A stretch of DNA of 64,000 nt. It comes from Mytilus edulis. Its lineage: Eukaryota. Below are positions 36,079-49,594 of this stretch, piece by piece (the stretch's first letter is position 1; each line of letters opens with the position of its first letter). The notes beneath the pieces are model-generated. The model saw only the letters and a program-made list of their open reading frames with translations, did no database searches and had not been told where the DNA came from. A program made the position numbers and the translations under genes. Location of the stretch: NCBI RefSeq assembly GCF_963676685.1, contig NC_092353.1, forward strand, positions 26,619,690 to 26,683,689, read 5' to 3'.

Positions 36079-36158
36079 CTGGTAAACCAAAGAAATGTGA
36101 TGCTATGAGATCACTGTGTTTAATGTTAGGACCAGACTTTATCACTGATATCATTGAG
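36079..36158 (+). CDS. MVP: MVP exon 17
   Basis: (A)GKPKKCDAMRSLCLMLGPDFITDIIE resembles human [29 protein letters not shown]. Confidence 0.9.
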
Positions 36159-36179
36159 GTAAACAGTTTTCTTTAAAAC

Positions 36180-36900
36180 TATACCATAAAGATTCACACA
36201 GTTTCTATTTATACCAAAAAGGTTCACGCAGTTTCTATTTTACACCAAACAGGTTCACATTCCTTCTCTTTTGCACCATAAAGATTCATACCGTTTCTCT
36301 CTCACACCATAAAGGTTCACACTCTTTCTCTTTTACACCATGAAGGTTCAAACACTTTCTCTTTTACACCATAAAGGTTCACACACTTTCCCTTTTACAC
36401 CATAAAGGTTCACACACTTTCCCTTTTGCACCATAAAGATTCACACAGTTTCTATTTTACACCATAAGGGTTCACACAGTTTCTGTTTTACACCTTGAAG
36501 GTTCTCTCAGATTCTGTTTTACACCATAAAGGTTCACACAGTTTCTCTTTTCCACCATAAAGGTTCACACAGTTTCCCTTTTGCACAATAAAGATTCACA
36601 CAGTTTCTATTTTACACCATAAGGGTTCACACAGTTTCTGTTTTACACCTTGAAGGTTCACACAGATTCTGTTTTACACCATAAAGGTTCACACAGTTTC
36701 TGTTTTACACCATAAAGGTACACATCTTGTCTTTTTTACACCATTAAGGTTCACATTCTTTCTTTTTTACACCGTTATGGTTCACATCCTTTCTCTTTTA
36801 CACATTGAAGGGTCACATTATTTTTCTTTCACACCATAAAGGTTCACACCTTTTCTCTTTTACACTATAAAAGTTTATACCCTTTACAACATCTTTTAAT
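36180..36900. repeat. ~30-bp minisatellite x ~24 ('accataaaggttcacacagtttctcttttac') in MVP intron 17
   Basis: Direct tandem periodicity. Confidence 0.9.
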
Positions 36901-37154
36901 GATCTTTAGTACATCTTCCTTGTTTTGTTCTTGTGTAGAGCAAAATAAAAATACTTTGACTGATTTTCAAATTAACCAATATTATCAATAAGATAATTGA
37001 TACAAAGATAAAATGATGTAGTTTCTTAGTAATGATGCATTGTAGTATACTTGTATTTTCTACCTGCATGACGCAGAATGCATTTATGTAGAATTTAAAA
37101 TACCCGTCAGAAAGATTTTCTAATGGTATAATTTTATGATATATTTGATTATAG

Positions 37155-37214
37155 GTAGAAACATCAGATCATGCGAGACTAAGACTGCAGTTGGCTTTCA
37201 ACAACCATTTTGAG
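37155..37214 (+). CDS. MVP: MVP exon 18
   Basis: VETSDHARLRLQLAFNNHFE resembles human TADHARLQLQLAYNWHFE. Confidence 0.9.
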
Positions 37215-37432
37215 GTACGGTACATATTTTTAGCAAATTAAGAAGTTTGTATGCTTGATACATGTATAGTCATATTACAATAGAACTAAATATATATTTT
37301 AAAGATGATTTTTTTTCCATTTACATTTCCATTTATATTTAAATTGGGCACTAAAAAATAAATTGAAAGTAAGTGATAAATATCATGGATTCAACAAATA
37401 TTCTAAACCTAATGATATATTTTCTGTTACAG

Positions 37433-37511
37433 TATGAAAAAGGGGATGTTGAAAGTGAAGCCAAAATATTCTCAGTAGGGGACTTTATTGGATTTGCCTG
37501 TAGAAAAATTG
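37433..37511 (+). CDS. MVP: MVP exon 19
   Basis: YEKGDVESEAKIFSVGDFIGFACRKI resembles human [27 protein letters not shown]. Confidence 0.85.
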
Positions 37512-38062
37512 GTTTGTATTATTAGGACCTCAGACAGATTTCTTATACTCTTCATTTATAAAATGAATAACATACCAATTAACAACCCTTTCTGTATGCC
37601 ATCAGATTTTTTTTTTTAGATCAAATGAGAAATAACCAAATGTTTTTTTTTTGTGTGAATTATTTGAGAAATATGAGTTTTGCACCAAAACTAAATGACT
37701 GAAATCTTTTCTGTGATGTAGCTCAGCATTTTTGATTATTATTAGAAACACTGCTTTAATATTTAGGACTTTCTGCACAGTCAGACTTTCTTTTGTTGTT
37801 TGACAGTTTAGATTATAGAGAAATGAGAAAATATCCAATACAGTAGTCCAAATAATTATGATGACTTAAAGGGCTATTTTAAATTATCGCTTTGACGCCT
37901 TTCTGTCGATGTAAGGCTTCAAAGAAAAATAATATTTAGCCTTTCAAGATGTCATAATTTATTGGACTACCATACAATAGTTTCTTTGAAATTGTTTTAT
38001 ATTGTTTATCTTTTTATCTTAGATTTATTCAGTAGATAAGTATACTTAATTATTGTTTTTAG

Positions 38063-38205
38063 GTGGTCGTATCAGAGGACAAGTAGCACATGTGCCATTT
38101 GATGAATTTCACAAACATTCAGCAATGATTATACAAACAGCTGTATTTGGTGTGGATCAAGAAGGCAATCTTAATATTCCTCTGACATTTGAGGCCAATA
38201 ATTTG
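38063..38205 (+). CDS. MVP: MVP exon 20
   Basis: GRIRGQVAHVPFDEFHKHSAMIIQTAVFGVDQEGNLNIPLTFEANNL resembles human [31 protein letters not shown].... Confidence 0.9.
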
Positions 38206-38809
38206 GTAAGATTCCTATGCATTAGTCTGTAAAACCTTTTGTTAAATTTACTATTAATTTTGATTGGGACAAATAGGGCCCAGCAGAAGACCTATAGTAA
38301 TCTTTGTGTCTGTCTGTGTGTTTGTCTCTCCCAAACTTTCAATCCCCTTGGAGTTTTGTAAGTAAAGTTGGCATAATTCACCATTTGAACATTTTATGTT
38401 CTGGAAAGAAAACCATACATTGAAAATCATAGTCAAAAACTTTGTTCAAATCCCCTTGGGATGAGTAAGTGTTGCATCAGAAAATTTCCTTCAATATGTA
38501 TATATAAGCTATACTTTTAAATAGAATAACACTGATAACTTCTTGTTTCCACCACAATTAAATTGTTAACTCTTGCAGGGCCCTCTGGGATGGCTCCCAT
38601 CACTTTCCTCTAGTTGTTCTTCTGTGCATGTGGATTCATTATTATTCGTCAGATACTAAATTTAGTGGATTTTGTGGGTACTGTTGAGCTACGAATTTAA
38701 ATGTTAAAAGAATAACAAATTTTGAATAGGATTGTATAAAGAAATTGACAATACCACCAAATCAAATATCCAAGAAAAAGGAAGATTTCCTTAATCCACA
38801 ATAATTGGT

Positions 38810-39012
38810 ACCCCTGAAAATAAATGATTCCATAGTAGAGGGGGGATAGGAAGGGTTATGATCCCGAAATCCCGAGGTCCCGAATTTAAATAAATAAAAA
38901 TCCCGGATCCCGAAATTCAAAATAAAGAATTCCCGGATCCCGAAGGGGTAAATCCCGAAATCCCGAGCTTAAAAACACCCGATCCCGGAGTCCCGATAAA
39001 GGTCCTATCCCC
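38810..39012. mobile_element. Small palindromic MITE-like element
   Basis: The ends 'atagtagaggggggatagg' and 'cctatcccccctcatagta' are reverse complements. The interior is made of 'atcccgaaatcccgag' / 'cccggatcccgaa' iterations. Confidence 0.55.
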
Positions 39013-39071
39013 CCTCATAGTATCATAGTTGAAACATAGATATAACTATATAATTATTATTGTATTTACAG

Positions 39072-39172
39072 GTAATCAGCAGCGTAGATATCCAGTCTAT
39101 TGAACCAGTTGATGCTAAGATGAGAGACAGTTTAAGTAAATCTGTACAGTTAGCTATAGAAATATCTACTAA
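39072..39172 (+). CDS. MVP: MVP exon 21
   Basis: [33 protein letters not shown] resembles human [33 protein letters not shown]. Confidence 0.9.
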
Positions 39173-39480
39173 GTAAGTCCTGTTATATACATCTTCATAA
39201 ATATGTGAAGGAACATTCATTAGACAAAGGCAGTAAAAACAACTTTAGAGTTCTTATTCTTCTTTAAAAAAAATAAGTTTAACATGTGAACTAATGCAAT
39301 GATACCACATCTTCTTTATTATTAGATATAATAGTTTTATGCATAAATCCTGAATTCAATTTTATAAAGGTGTGTGGTTATGCTGCTATGTATGCTAATG
39401 TTTGAATTTTGACATTTTATAACTGATCTTTTCACATACGTTAAAGCATATTGGTTTATATGTGTATATATTTTTCATAG

Positions 39481-39707
39481 ATCAATAGAAGCCTCAGCAT
39501 CCCACGAAGCTAGCAGAAATGAACAAATAGCCAGAGGTCAACTTGAACGACAGAAATTGCTTAATGAAATGGATTCTGAGAAAGAAAAGACAAAGTTATT
39601 AGAATTACAAGCTATCACTGCCGCCGTGGAATCTACTGGTCAAGCTAAAGCTGAGTCACAAGCACAGGCTGAGAGAATGCTAATAGAGTGTGAAAGCGAA
39701 ATAGAAT
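39481..39707 (+). CDS. MVP: MVP exon 22, coiled-coil
   Basis: ...RGQLERQKLLNEMDSEKEKTKLLELQAITAAVESTGQAKAESQAQAERMLIECESEIE resembles human [54 protein letters not shown]. The donor 'gaat|gtaagt' at 39708 is then tandemly reiterated downstream. Confidence 0.85.
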
Positions 39708-40270
39708 GTAAGTCAAGCTAAAGCTGAGTCACAAACACAGGCTGAGAGAACGCTAATAGAGTGTGAAAGTGAAATAGAATTAATGTAAGTCAAACACAAG
39801 CAGAGGCTGAGAGAATGCTGATAGAATGTGAAAATGAAATAGAATGTAAGTCAAACACAAGCCGAGTCACAAACACAGGCGTAGAGAATTCTAATAGAGT
39901 GTGAAAGTGAAATAGAATGTAAGTCAAACACAAGCACAGGCTGAGAGAATGCTTATATAGTGAAAATGAAATAGAATGTAAGTCAAACACAAGCCGAGTC
40001 ACAAACACAGGCTGAGAGAATGCTAATAGAGTGTGAAAGTGAAATAGAGTGTAAGTCAAACACAAGCAGAGGCTGAGAGAATGCTGATAGAATGTGAAAG
40101 TGAAATAGAATGTAAGTCAAACATAAGGCAAGTCACAAGCACAGGCTGAGAGAATGCTTATATAGTGAAAATGAAATAGAATGTAAGTCAAACACAAGCC
40201 GAGTCACAAGCACAGGCTGAGAGAATGCTAATAGAGTGTGAAAGTGAAATAGAATGTAAGTCAAACACAA
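39640..40270 (+). repeat. Tandem repeat of 61/73-bp units derived from the 3' end of MVP exon 22 plus its splice donor, ~8 copies
   Basis: Each unit reiterates '...caggctgagagaatgctaatagagtgtgaaagtgaaatagaatgtaagtcaa...'. The first unit is the authentic exon end and donor. Confidence 0.9.
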
Positions 40271-40980
40271 GCTTAATATAAAAGCCGAGAAAAAAAACCC
40301 CTTAAATTTAATTGGATTGTATAATTCTTTTATCTGTTTAATGTTATTTGGAGTTTCATAAGTTCAATGTAATAAAAAAGCAAATTTTATTCAATGGTTG
40401 AACACATTTGTATAAAAAAATAAAATGAATATTATATGATCAATTGATTGTTGGTGTTTAACATGACTTTTAGCTCTCTTAGCTATATTTTGGCAGACAG
40501 TTTTTATTTGGTGAGGAATCTGTAGATAACCACAACGTTTGACACGATAACAGGCAATTCTAATCAATTTAGATTGGAGTTAGACAAACTGCTACATACA
40601 GAGTTTAAATTCATAACCTCAGTGTTGACAAGCTAGTAATGTAAATAAACAATTAAAATTTCTTGACCCCTGAGGCCAAAAATATATTTGAATTGATCCT
40701 TCCAAACTATCAGCAGTTCTGTGAACCAACCCTACAAACCTTACAGCAGTCATGTTAAACAGAACACAATCTTATGATAAATACAGTTGATTGTTCTTTG
40801 CCTAAAAATATCACTTTGTCCAACCAGGATATGGCGACCCATAGTTTAGTTGGTGACGATAAAAAGACATTTGCTTGTTTTTATCAAAATACAATATACA
40901 TATCATTAAAATTGTCTGAAATGAACTCAAGTTTTTAACGTTATTCCATATAATACTAATGCTTAAAATCTGTATTACAG

Positions 40981-41045
40981 CTGCCAAGTTAAAGGCTGAA
41001 GCAGAGGAAATTGAACACATGGCCAAACTTGAAACTCAGGGCTTG
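40981..41045 (+). CDS. MVP: MVP exon 23
   Basis: (S)AKLKAEAEEIEHMAKLETQGL resembles human LQAKLKAQALAIETEAELQRV. It is in phase with exon 22, with 1 nt + 2 nt forming TCT. Confidence 0.75.
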
Positions 41046-42339
41046 GTAAGTTTATAGATTATTTTTGAAAAAAGATCAAACTATTAAGAATTTATTAAAT
41101 GTTAAGTATTTTTTCACTTTGTTCATAATCCTAAGAACCCGTAAACTTTTAATATTTATGATATTATTACAAACATTTATGGGCATTATGTTTTCTGGTC
41201 TGTGCGTCAGTCCGTTCTTCCGTCCAGTCATCTGTCCTGCTTCAAGAAAGTTTATGGTCGAGGTAGTTTTTGTTGAAGTTGAAGACAAATCTACTTGAAT
41301 CTTTGTATACATGGTCCCTGTGATATGATCTTTCTAATTTTAATGCCAAATTACAGTTTTGACCCCAATTTCACAGTCCATTAAACATAGTAAATGATAG
41401 TGCGAGTGGTAGCATCTGTGTACTATGGTCACATTTTTGTTCATAATTCTTTTAAACATACTTTAATATTGATTGCTCATGACATGCATATCATTGGCAA
41501 TCATACCACATCTTCTTTTTTATATATCATACACTGGTAGTGCAGCAATTTATCAAAATTGTCTTGAATTTATTGGGACCTGAAGATGTTTCCATGCTTA
41601 TCTATAATAAGAAGTTACATATACAATTCATTTTTATGCCCCACCTACGATAGTAGAGGGGCATTATGTTTTCTGGTCTGTTCGTCCGTCCGTTCGTTCA
41701 GGTTAAAGTTTTTGGTCAAGGTAGTTTTTGATGGAGTTGAAGTCCAATCAACTTCAGACTTAGTACACATGTTCCCTATGATATGATCTTTCTAATTTAA
41801 TTGCCAAATTAGACTTTTGACCCCAATTTCACGGTCCGCTGAACATAGAAAATAATAGTGCAAGTTTCAGGTTAAAGTTTTTGGTCAAGGTAGTTTTTGA
41901 TGAAGTTGAAGTCCAATCAACTTCAAACTTAGTACACATGTTTCCTATGATATGATCTTTCTAATTTAATTGCCAAATTAGACTTTTGACCCCAATTTCA
42001 CGGTCCACTGAACATAGAAAATAATAGTGCAAGTTTCAGGTTAAATTTTTGGTCAAGGTAGTTTTTGATGAAGTTGAAGTCCAATCAACTTCAAACTTAG
42101 TACACATGTTCCCTATGATATGATCTTTCTAATTTAATTGCCAAATTAGAGTTTTGACCCCAATTTCACGGTCTACTGAACATAGAAAATGATAATGCGA
42201 ATGGGGCATCCGTGTACTATGGACACATTCTTGTTATTTTTGTGTCGTATAATGGTATGATGTTGTCGTAGTCGTCCAAAGACGCATTTAGTTTCCAGAC
42301 AATAACTTTAGTTTTAGTGAATGGATCTCTATAATTTGT

Positions 42340-42640
42340 TAAAAGAAGGTTCAATACCACTTAAGGAAGGTTTGGATCGATTTTGGGGGTTGTGGTCCTA
42401 ATAGATTAGGAATAAGGGGCCAAAAAAGGGCCCAAATAAGCATTTTTCTTGGTTTTCGCAAAATAACTTAAGTATAAGTAAATAGAAATCTATCAAATTT
42501 AAACACAAGGTTAATGACCACAATAGGAAGGTTAGGAATGATTCTTGGATTTTTGGTCTGAACAGTTAAGGAATTAGGGGCCCTAAAAGGGCCCAAATAA
42601 GCATTCTTCTTGGTTTTTGCACAATAACTTTAGTATAAGT
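42340..42640 (+). repeat. Two copies of the ~160-bp repeat family seen at 1060-1700
   Basis: 'aaggaaggtttggatcgattttgggggtt...aataaggggccaaaaaagggcccaaataagcatttttcttggttttcgca'. Confidence 0.75.
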
Positions 42641-42820
42641 GAATAGAAATCTTTTTCAAATGGAATTAAAGTCTTTGAAATGAATAGAAATCCTTTTCAA
42701 ATGGAATTAAAGTCTTTGAAATTTCAATTTCAATTAATCTATCTTCACTCCATTTGTAGTACTCATTTGTTTTTAGCATTCTGTAATTGATTGTTATTAA
42801 TTCTTCATTAAAATTTACAG

Positions 42821-42901
42821 TTGAGAGCACAGGAGCTTTCATATCAAAAAGAACTTAACAGAATGGAATTGGATTTAGAAAAAGGAAGAGCAGACATTGA
42901 G
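42821..42901 (+). CDS. MVP: MVP exon 24
   Basis: LRAQELSYQKELNRMELDLEKGRADIE resembles human [27 protein letters not shown]. Confidence 0.75.
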
Positions 42902-43273
42902 GTAAAGATAGTTTAATATTATACTGATCATATAAAACAACCTAGTTTTATGAGGACTTGAGATATTACCTATTAGTCATTTTAAACCAATAATGTATGG
43001 CTCATTGTAAAAAAGATAAAAGATTTTTTTTTATTCAATAATTTCTCTAAAAACACAGCAATAAACATTCATTACACGTTTATATAATCAAATTTGTATT
43101 TTTGTGAAAGAATTTATATGAAAGTTTGTTTTCAGAAAGATAAATACCAAATAATAGTGTTAAGAAACTGATTTGCCTTTCTTTTTTTTTTTTTGAAAAT
43201 TTTGTGTCAAAAAAATATATTGTACGCATTCCTAAATCCTTTAATAATTGGAAATATTTCTACACATTTTTAG

Positions 43274-43354
43274 GTGAAGAAATTCAAGTCTATGGTTGAG
43301 ACATTAGGAATAAAAACAATAGAAACTATGTCAATAGCAGGACCCAAGGCTCAA
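43274..43354 (+). CDS. MVP: MVP exon 25
   Basis: VKKFKSMVETLGIKTIETMSIAGPKAQ resembles human [27 protein letters not shown]. Confidence 0.85.
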
Positions 43355-43499
43355 GTGAGTAACTCATTTATAGTTAGGGTAGACATTATTATACAATGAC
43401 AATCACCTCTTCTCTAAATCAGTTGGATGTGTCCTAATTGATACTTTTATCTGGAAGAACATGATCTATTTATAAGTTGTAATTGGTTTTTAATAATTA

Positions 43500-43900
43500 G
43501 GGCCCCGCCTTTAGGCGGGTCGCCCTATAGTGATCAGTCGTACCGTCCGTCCATCCGTCCGTCCGTCCGAATCTAGAGAACCATTATGATTTCATACTTC
43601 ATACTTTACATGTTTATTAACCACCACCAGAGGGCGTGTCATGATGTATGTACAACTTCCTAGGCAAAGTTAAAGGTCAAAAACTTTGGTTTCAGTTGAC
43701 AACCCCATGTCCTATGGTAAAGATCGTGTCCGCTCTATATTTTGAGAACCGTTATCATTTCAAAGTTTATACTTGACATGTATATAAACCAACACCAAAG
43801 GGTGTGTCATAATTTATTTACAACTTCCTAGGTCAAAGGTCAAGGTCAAAAACTTTGATTTCAGTTGACAAACCCATGTCCTATGGTAAAGATACAATTT
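43500..43900 (+). repeat. Tandem duplication of a ~190-bp unit ('...gaaccattatgatttca...accaccagagggcgtgtcatgatgta...ggtcaaaaactttggtttcagttgacaaccccatgtcctatggtaaagat')
   Basis: Unit at about 43570-43735 repeated at about 43745-43890; preceded by 'ccgtccgtccatccgtccgtccgtccg'. Confidence 0.7.
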
Positions 43901-44821
43901 TTTAATGCACATTATTCACAGCGGGGCCCACAGAGATGGCTCCCATCTCAATGATATCTAGTTTTTTTAGTTTTCTTAGATCTAGACAATATGTTTTTTA
44001 ATGCCACCCCCCTCCTCCCGGAGGAGGAGGCATTTAGTTTTACCCTTGTACATCCTGAAATTGGTTTCTGTTCTCCAACTCTAGTTTGCCACAACAAAAT
44101 TTTATGAAACTTATTAACATTGTTTATTACCACAAAACACATGTCAAGTTATAATTTCTGTGGTGTCATTTTTTATTGTCTACAGTAATGCCCCTTATCA
44201 AGTGAAAAAATTGCTGAATTTTTTGTTTCCATTCTCTAACTTAAGTTTGCCTCAACCAAACATTATGAAACCTATCCACAATGCTTGCTACCACAAAACT
44301 TAGATCAAGTACAAATTTTGGTAGCTTCACTTTTACAGTTCTTGAGTTATAATTCTATATTGGTCATATGCAAGTGGGGGCTTCATCTGTGTCCCATGGA
44401 CACATTCCCTATTTAGTTTTGTATGTTACAGAAGTCTGCACAAAAACATGTCCAACCAATAGTCTGAAGACCAATATTTTGACATTTTTCTTAAGTGTCT
44501 TAACAAAGTTTTGTAAATACTAATTGGTCGGAAAAACATTCTACTAGTCTGGGGCAACTGAATAGTGGCTAGCTTTCTTAACTCAATGCTATGGGCAACT
44601 GAATACAACTTATAGTTCCACAATATTTCATTGGTTCTTGTAAAAATTATCAATATCGATAAACAAATGATAACTCACAAATTTTAACATACTGAAAGTT
44701 TAATTTTGCTTTTATTCATATTCCTATAAGGAAATCGACTAAAATACCTAAAAGTACAGAGATAAATTTTTACATATCACAAATGCTATTTGATATTAAA
44801 TTTGATCTATTTCCTTTTCAG

Positions 44822-44935
44822 GCCAATCTATTGCAAGGTCTTGGCATACAGAGTGTGTTAGTGACTGATGGAACTACACCCATCAACCTCTTTGACACTG
44901 CACATGGTCTTATTGGTTCTAAACAGGGACAATAG
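44822..44935 (+). CDS. MVP: MVP terminal exon, ending with a TAG stop
   Basis: [37 protein letters not shown] resembles human [32 protein letters not shown]. Confidence 0.9.
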   Translation, partial: ANLLQGLGIQSVLVTDGTTPINLFDTAHGLIGSKQGQ

Positions 44936-47900
44936 CGAACAAGTCTGTGATGGCTTAAATAACTGTGATGAAATTACTGTGATTATATTGGAAAAGATAT
45001 AGTTAAAAACAAAAAAGCCTAAGAAAAGAATGACTATTTTTATAATATTAGTTGAAGTACAACACAAATGCATTTTTTTTTTGCAATATAAGCACATACA
45101 CTTTACACGTTTGTTTATTTTTCACCAAACTTTTGTTTCCTCATATATTTTCAAATTACAACTTTGTTTGTATAGGGGAAATTTTGGTTAGTTTTTGTGA
45201 GTTTTTTATACACAGTTCAGAAAAATATTGTAGTATTGGCATTAATTTAAGTTTCAAAAGTAATATAGGCCTAGAAAACAACAGACATTTTATGTAAAAT
45301 TTGAAATGAACTGATTGTTTTTATGCAAATAATGTAATAATTAACTAGTTTTAATATGTGTGGACAATACTATTTTGATATTATAAAAAGCTACTGAAAA
45401 TGATATCTGATATTTACACCAAATTGTTCATGTTGAAGGCAGTTAAATCTAAGGTAAAAGTTAAGGAAGCAAGTTGTTTTATCTGAGCAATGTGTACTTC
45501 AATATCTGAATAACATTTTAAAAAGCACATGATCAAATTCAAATCCTGACCAGGTATTAAGTATACCTACATGAGATTGAGTAAAATGTAATGATTAAAA
45601 ACTCAAAACAATACTTAAGTAAAATCTAGTCATTACAGGGTTTTTACCATTTCCTATAGTCCACTAGGTCCTAAACCTACTTTTTGTATGGAATAAAAGA
45701 TAGAATTAGTGTTTTGGTCACAGTTAATTTTATTGATTGTCTTATTTTAACAATAATATATATTAACAAGTACCAATTAATATATTTTTGTAGAATATAT
45801 GTACATTTTGTTCCATTATTTTATATTTTACCTTTCCTCAGATAACATTTAAAAAAGTACATTGTATAGCCATGACCGAGAAGTAGATATTAAAGGCAAC
45901 AGCAAGTCTAATTGTGCAATTTTAAGCTAACTTGATCAAGAGCCTCTGTGTTTATATAGGCTGCTACCATCACTTAGCGTCAGTTATCTGTTGACTTTTT
46001 TCATGTTTTCATCATCCAAAACTAACCAGCCAATATCAGGTTAAGAGTCAATTGCTATATATAGCTAAATAGGCTTTTTGACATTAAGCATTAACAGATG
46101 ACTGGTAGTTTTCATATGAATTGAAGTCTAAACAAACATAATGGGGACTTGGGATTTTGTGTAAATATCACAGAATGTTCAAGGTATTTGTCCTGATACA
46201 AAATTTTTTATTGACAAATGTATATTTTGTTTGATTTAGTCAGATCCTACTGTAACTATTAATAAAAAGTAAAAAAAAAGTGTGTATAATACATGTCAAA
46301 ATACTGTATATCTAAAAATAATCTTGAGATCTTTTGCATTGATTTATTAGCAGAATATGTATGTTTATTTGTTATACAGCAGAATGCATTGAGTGTGTAA
46401 GTAAAGGTAATATCTTTGGTCAGCTTGCTTGCTAGCTGAACCATGAAGTCATTATTAGGTTAGGTAAACTACCCTTCTTTAAGAGTAGACTAGTCTAAGA
46501 GATAACCAATCTTTCTGTCTGTAGGACAAGAGTACTCCGAAATGATGGTTGTATACTTAACCTAGTAATGACTTCAAAGTTCAGCTAACAAACAAGCTAA
46601 GCAAAGATTTTACTATTTCCTACACACTCAATGCTATCTGCTGTAAGTGTTGGTGATAGTTTGTTTATATTATGTTTTTATACTTGTAATTTTACTCTTA
46701 TGAATGAATCTTTTTAGATTATCTTATTTTCTTTTGTTCATACTTTTCAATAATGTTTTTTGTATTATTTATGAAGCTTCATAAAACAATTTGTTAATGT
46801 ATATTATTTTGACACCAGATACACTTGTAATGGTAGGACCAAATTGCCTTTTTCATGTCTAAATATAGTCAATAGACAACTTTCTAGTTCGATGCATTTC
46901 CGTCAAAAACTTTGATTTTAGTGAACATCATTCGTGCGTTTAGGGGCATCGTCACTTCCGTTCCCATGTTGAGCAATTGGTTGGAAAACTAGGATGCTAT
47001 ATTGCACGAATTATTTGGCCAATAGAATTCTAATAATTGACAATCAAATCTGATGTCATTAGGGAATTGTGATTAAGTACCTACCAAACAAATATTATTT
47101 CTAGTTTATCATGCACAATGACGTTCAATAAGACACTTGATGAATGTAAATAGTGCATGGATACAGGCGATCCCCTTTATCTGGTAAATGATGTCATAAA
47201 GGCTCACATAATTGACGAGTTTTTTCTGGTGAAGGACAAATTCGAAAGTGGTCTATTATGAAGCCTGTATCAGTTAAAATGGTCAATGATCACTGTAGAA
47301 AATATCTTCAAGTTTTTCTGTACTACAGACAATGTGATTCTATTTTATATTCATTCTGTGCAATTTGTAATTTAAACTGTAAAAATGTTTTTATTAAAGT
47401 AATATATTTGTAGTTTCAAAAAGTTAGTTTTCTTTAAATAGAAATATTTTTTTTGGTTTTGGAGCACAAGTTTTTGATTAATCAATTAATATGTCTGACT
47501 TATAGGTTTCATCCATTGATGTCGCCTGCAACATGTATTGAAAGCTTAATGGTTGTGTGCTGAATTTCCAGAGACAACTATCATGCATATTCAAATGAGG
47601 CTGTCACATGGAGAACATAGGGTGACATTACAATCGTCCCCTAGTTTATTTTGTGGGATAAACAACTGAACAAGTACACATTTATGTTAAGGGCCAGCTG
47701 AAGCTCATCTCTTGATGCAGGATTTTCTCGCTATATTAGACCCATTGGTGGCTTGGACTGTTTACTGCTCTTTGGTCGGGTTGTTGTCTCTTTAACACAT
47801 TCCCTACTGCCATTCTCAATTTTAAATATGATTTAAAAATTATCAAATGATCTCATAATGTTCAAAAATAGGCTAGAAATTGACATGATTTTGTTTAGGC

Positions 47901-49594
47901 TAAATTGAAATGAGATAAAATTGAATGTATTACAATTGAAAGACAGGGTGACTTATGCATGCATCACTTACCTGTATAGGATTCCAAAGTCATATTAGGA
48001 ATAAGGGACCAAATAAAAGAACATTACCAAACTGCCAACAATGTTGGAGAATAATAGTGTTGAAAATATTACAAAGTTAAAATACCCATCAAATAGCAAG
48101 AGGAACCGGAAAAACTAACTATCGATCAACTAGCAATTTTTGGGGGTTGTAAAACTCATTTAGTGATATCTAGTAATTCTCCTAACAACTTGGATAGAGA
48201 AGTTTAAAAGTATTAAGTAAACCACTGTCAGTGTAATAGTCTTAATGAGATGATTAAAAGAAGATGTGAAGTATAGGCTAATGTGCCAAAGACAAAAATA
48301 ACTAAAGCTTAAAAGAGAGCAGCATTCAGTTCATAAACAAAAAAGTGAGAAAAAAAAATAATTCTGAATTCAAATGAAAATTCAAACCATAAAAAACCTA
48401 AACGAATGGCAGGATAAAAAACTCGAGCAAATCAAAAGAATGGAAAACAACTTTCATACTCCTGATTTGGTACAGGAATTTCCTTTTAAAGAAAGTGGTA
48501 GATTGAAACCTGGTTTTATAGTTAGCTAAACAACTCACTTGTATGACAGGTGGCGTAAAATTCGATTTTATTGACAATATGTGTGAGCAAAACAAACAGA
48601 GACAAAAGACGGGTTTCCATATATTATGTAATGCTCTAAATCATTCTGTTGTGAAGATGCATAAACAAATCATTGAACAAATGCATACTTACTATATGCT
48701 AGATAGCTAGATTGGTCCGATAAAATGCTGCTAAAAAAAGAGTCTGTAGACCTTGGGGCATTTAATACTGATTTCTGTGGCTGAAAATAGATATAAGAAA
48801 ATGTGGCATGAGTGCCAATAAGACAACTATCCATCCAAGTCACAATTAGCAAAAGTAAACTTTCATAGGTCAAAGTACAGCCTTCAACACGGAGCCTTTG
48901 CTCACACCGAACAGCAAGCAATAAAGGGCCCCAAAATTGTCTAGTGTAAAACCACTTGAACAGAGAAACTATGCAAAAGTCTAATCTATCCAAAGAACGA
49001 GAACCACTTATGAACTACACCAACAAACGACAACCACTGAACACCCGGTTCCTGACTTATGACAGGTGCAAAGAAATACAGCGGGTTTAAACTTCTTAAT
49101 CTTTATGATGGGTTCATCAGTACCCGTTGATACATAATGTCTATATGTCAAACATGTAGAACATGTGGCAGTAAAAAACTAAACAGAAAGGACAAATTTA
49201 CATAAATAATTGGTCAACATCGTAAGAAGGAGTAGTTGCTTTTTGCCAAGTAACTATTCAGCTCAATGATAAAAATGAAGTCTTCTTCGAATGTTTAACT
49301 CTAGAGAAACATAGAAATACCGGTAGTTATGATCAGAGATAATTTAATTGTTTCTAATGCCCCACTGCCTTATTGATCTCATAACGGAAGCTCAACAAAA
49401 GATCAAACAACGATCACTACTAAGCAACCATATAAAATCAAAAGTGTTCTTAAATAACAAAATTTAGTACATGACATAGTTATAGAAATTATGCGTATTG
49501 CGGTGTGTTTGTTTTTTTCTATACTGGCTAGGTATAGGGGAGCGTTGAGATTTCCGAAAACTTGAATAAAATTGAGAAAGGAAATGGTGAATAT

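Noticed and set aside
39790-40065. 91-aa minus-strand ORF with internally repeated sequence
   Set aside because: It is the antisense read-through of the exon-22-derived tandem repeat. The repetitive protein is an artefact of the repeat.
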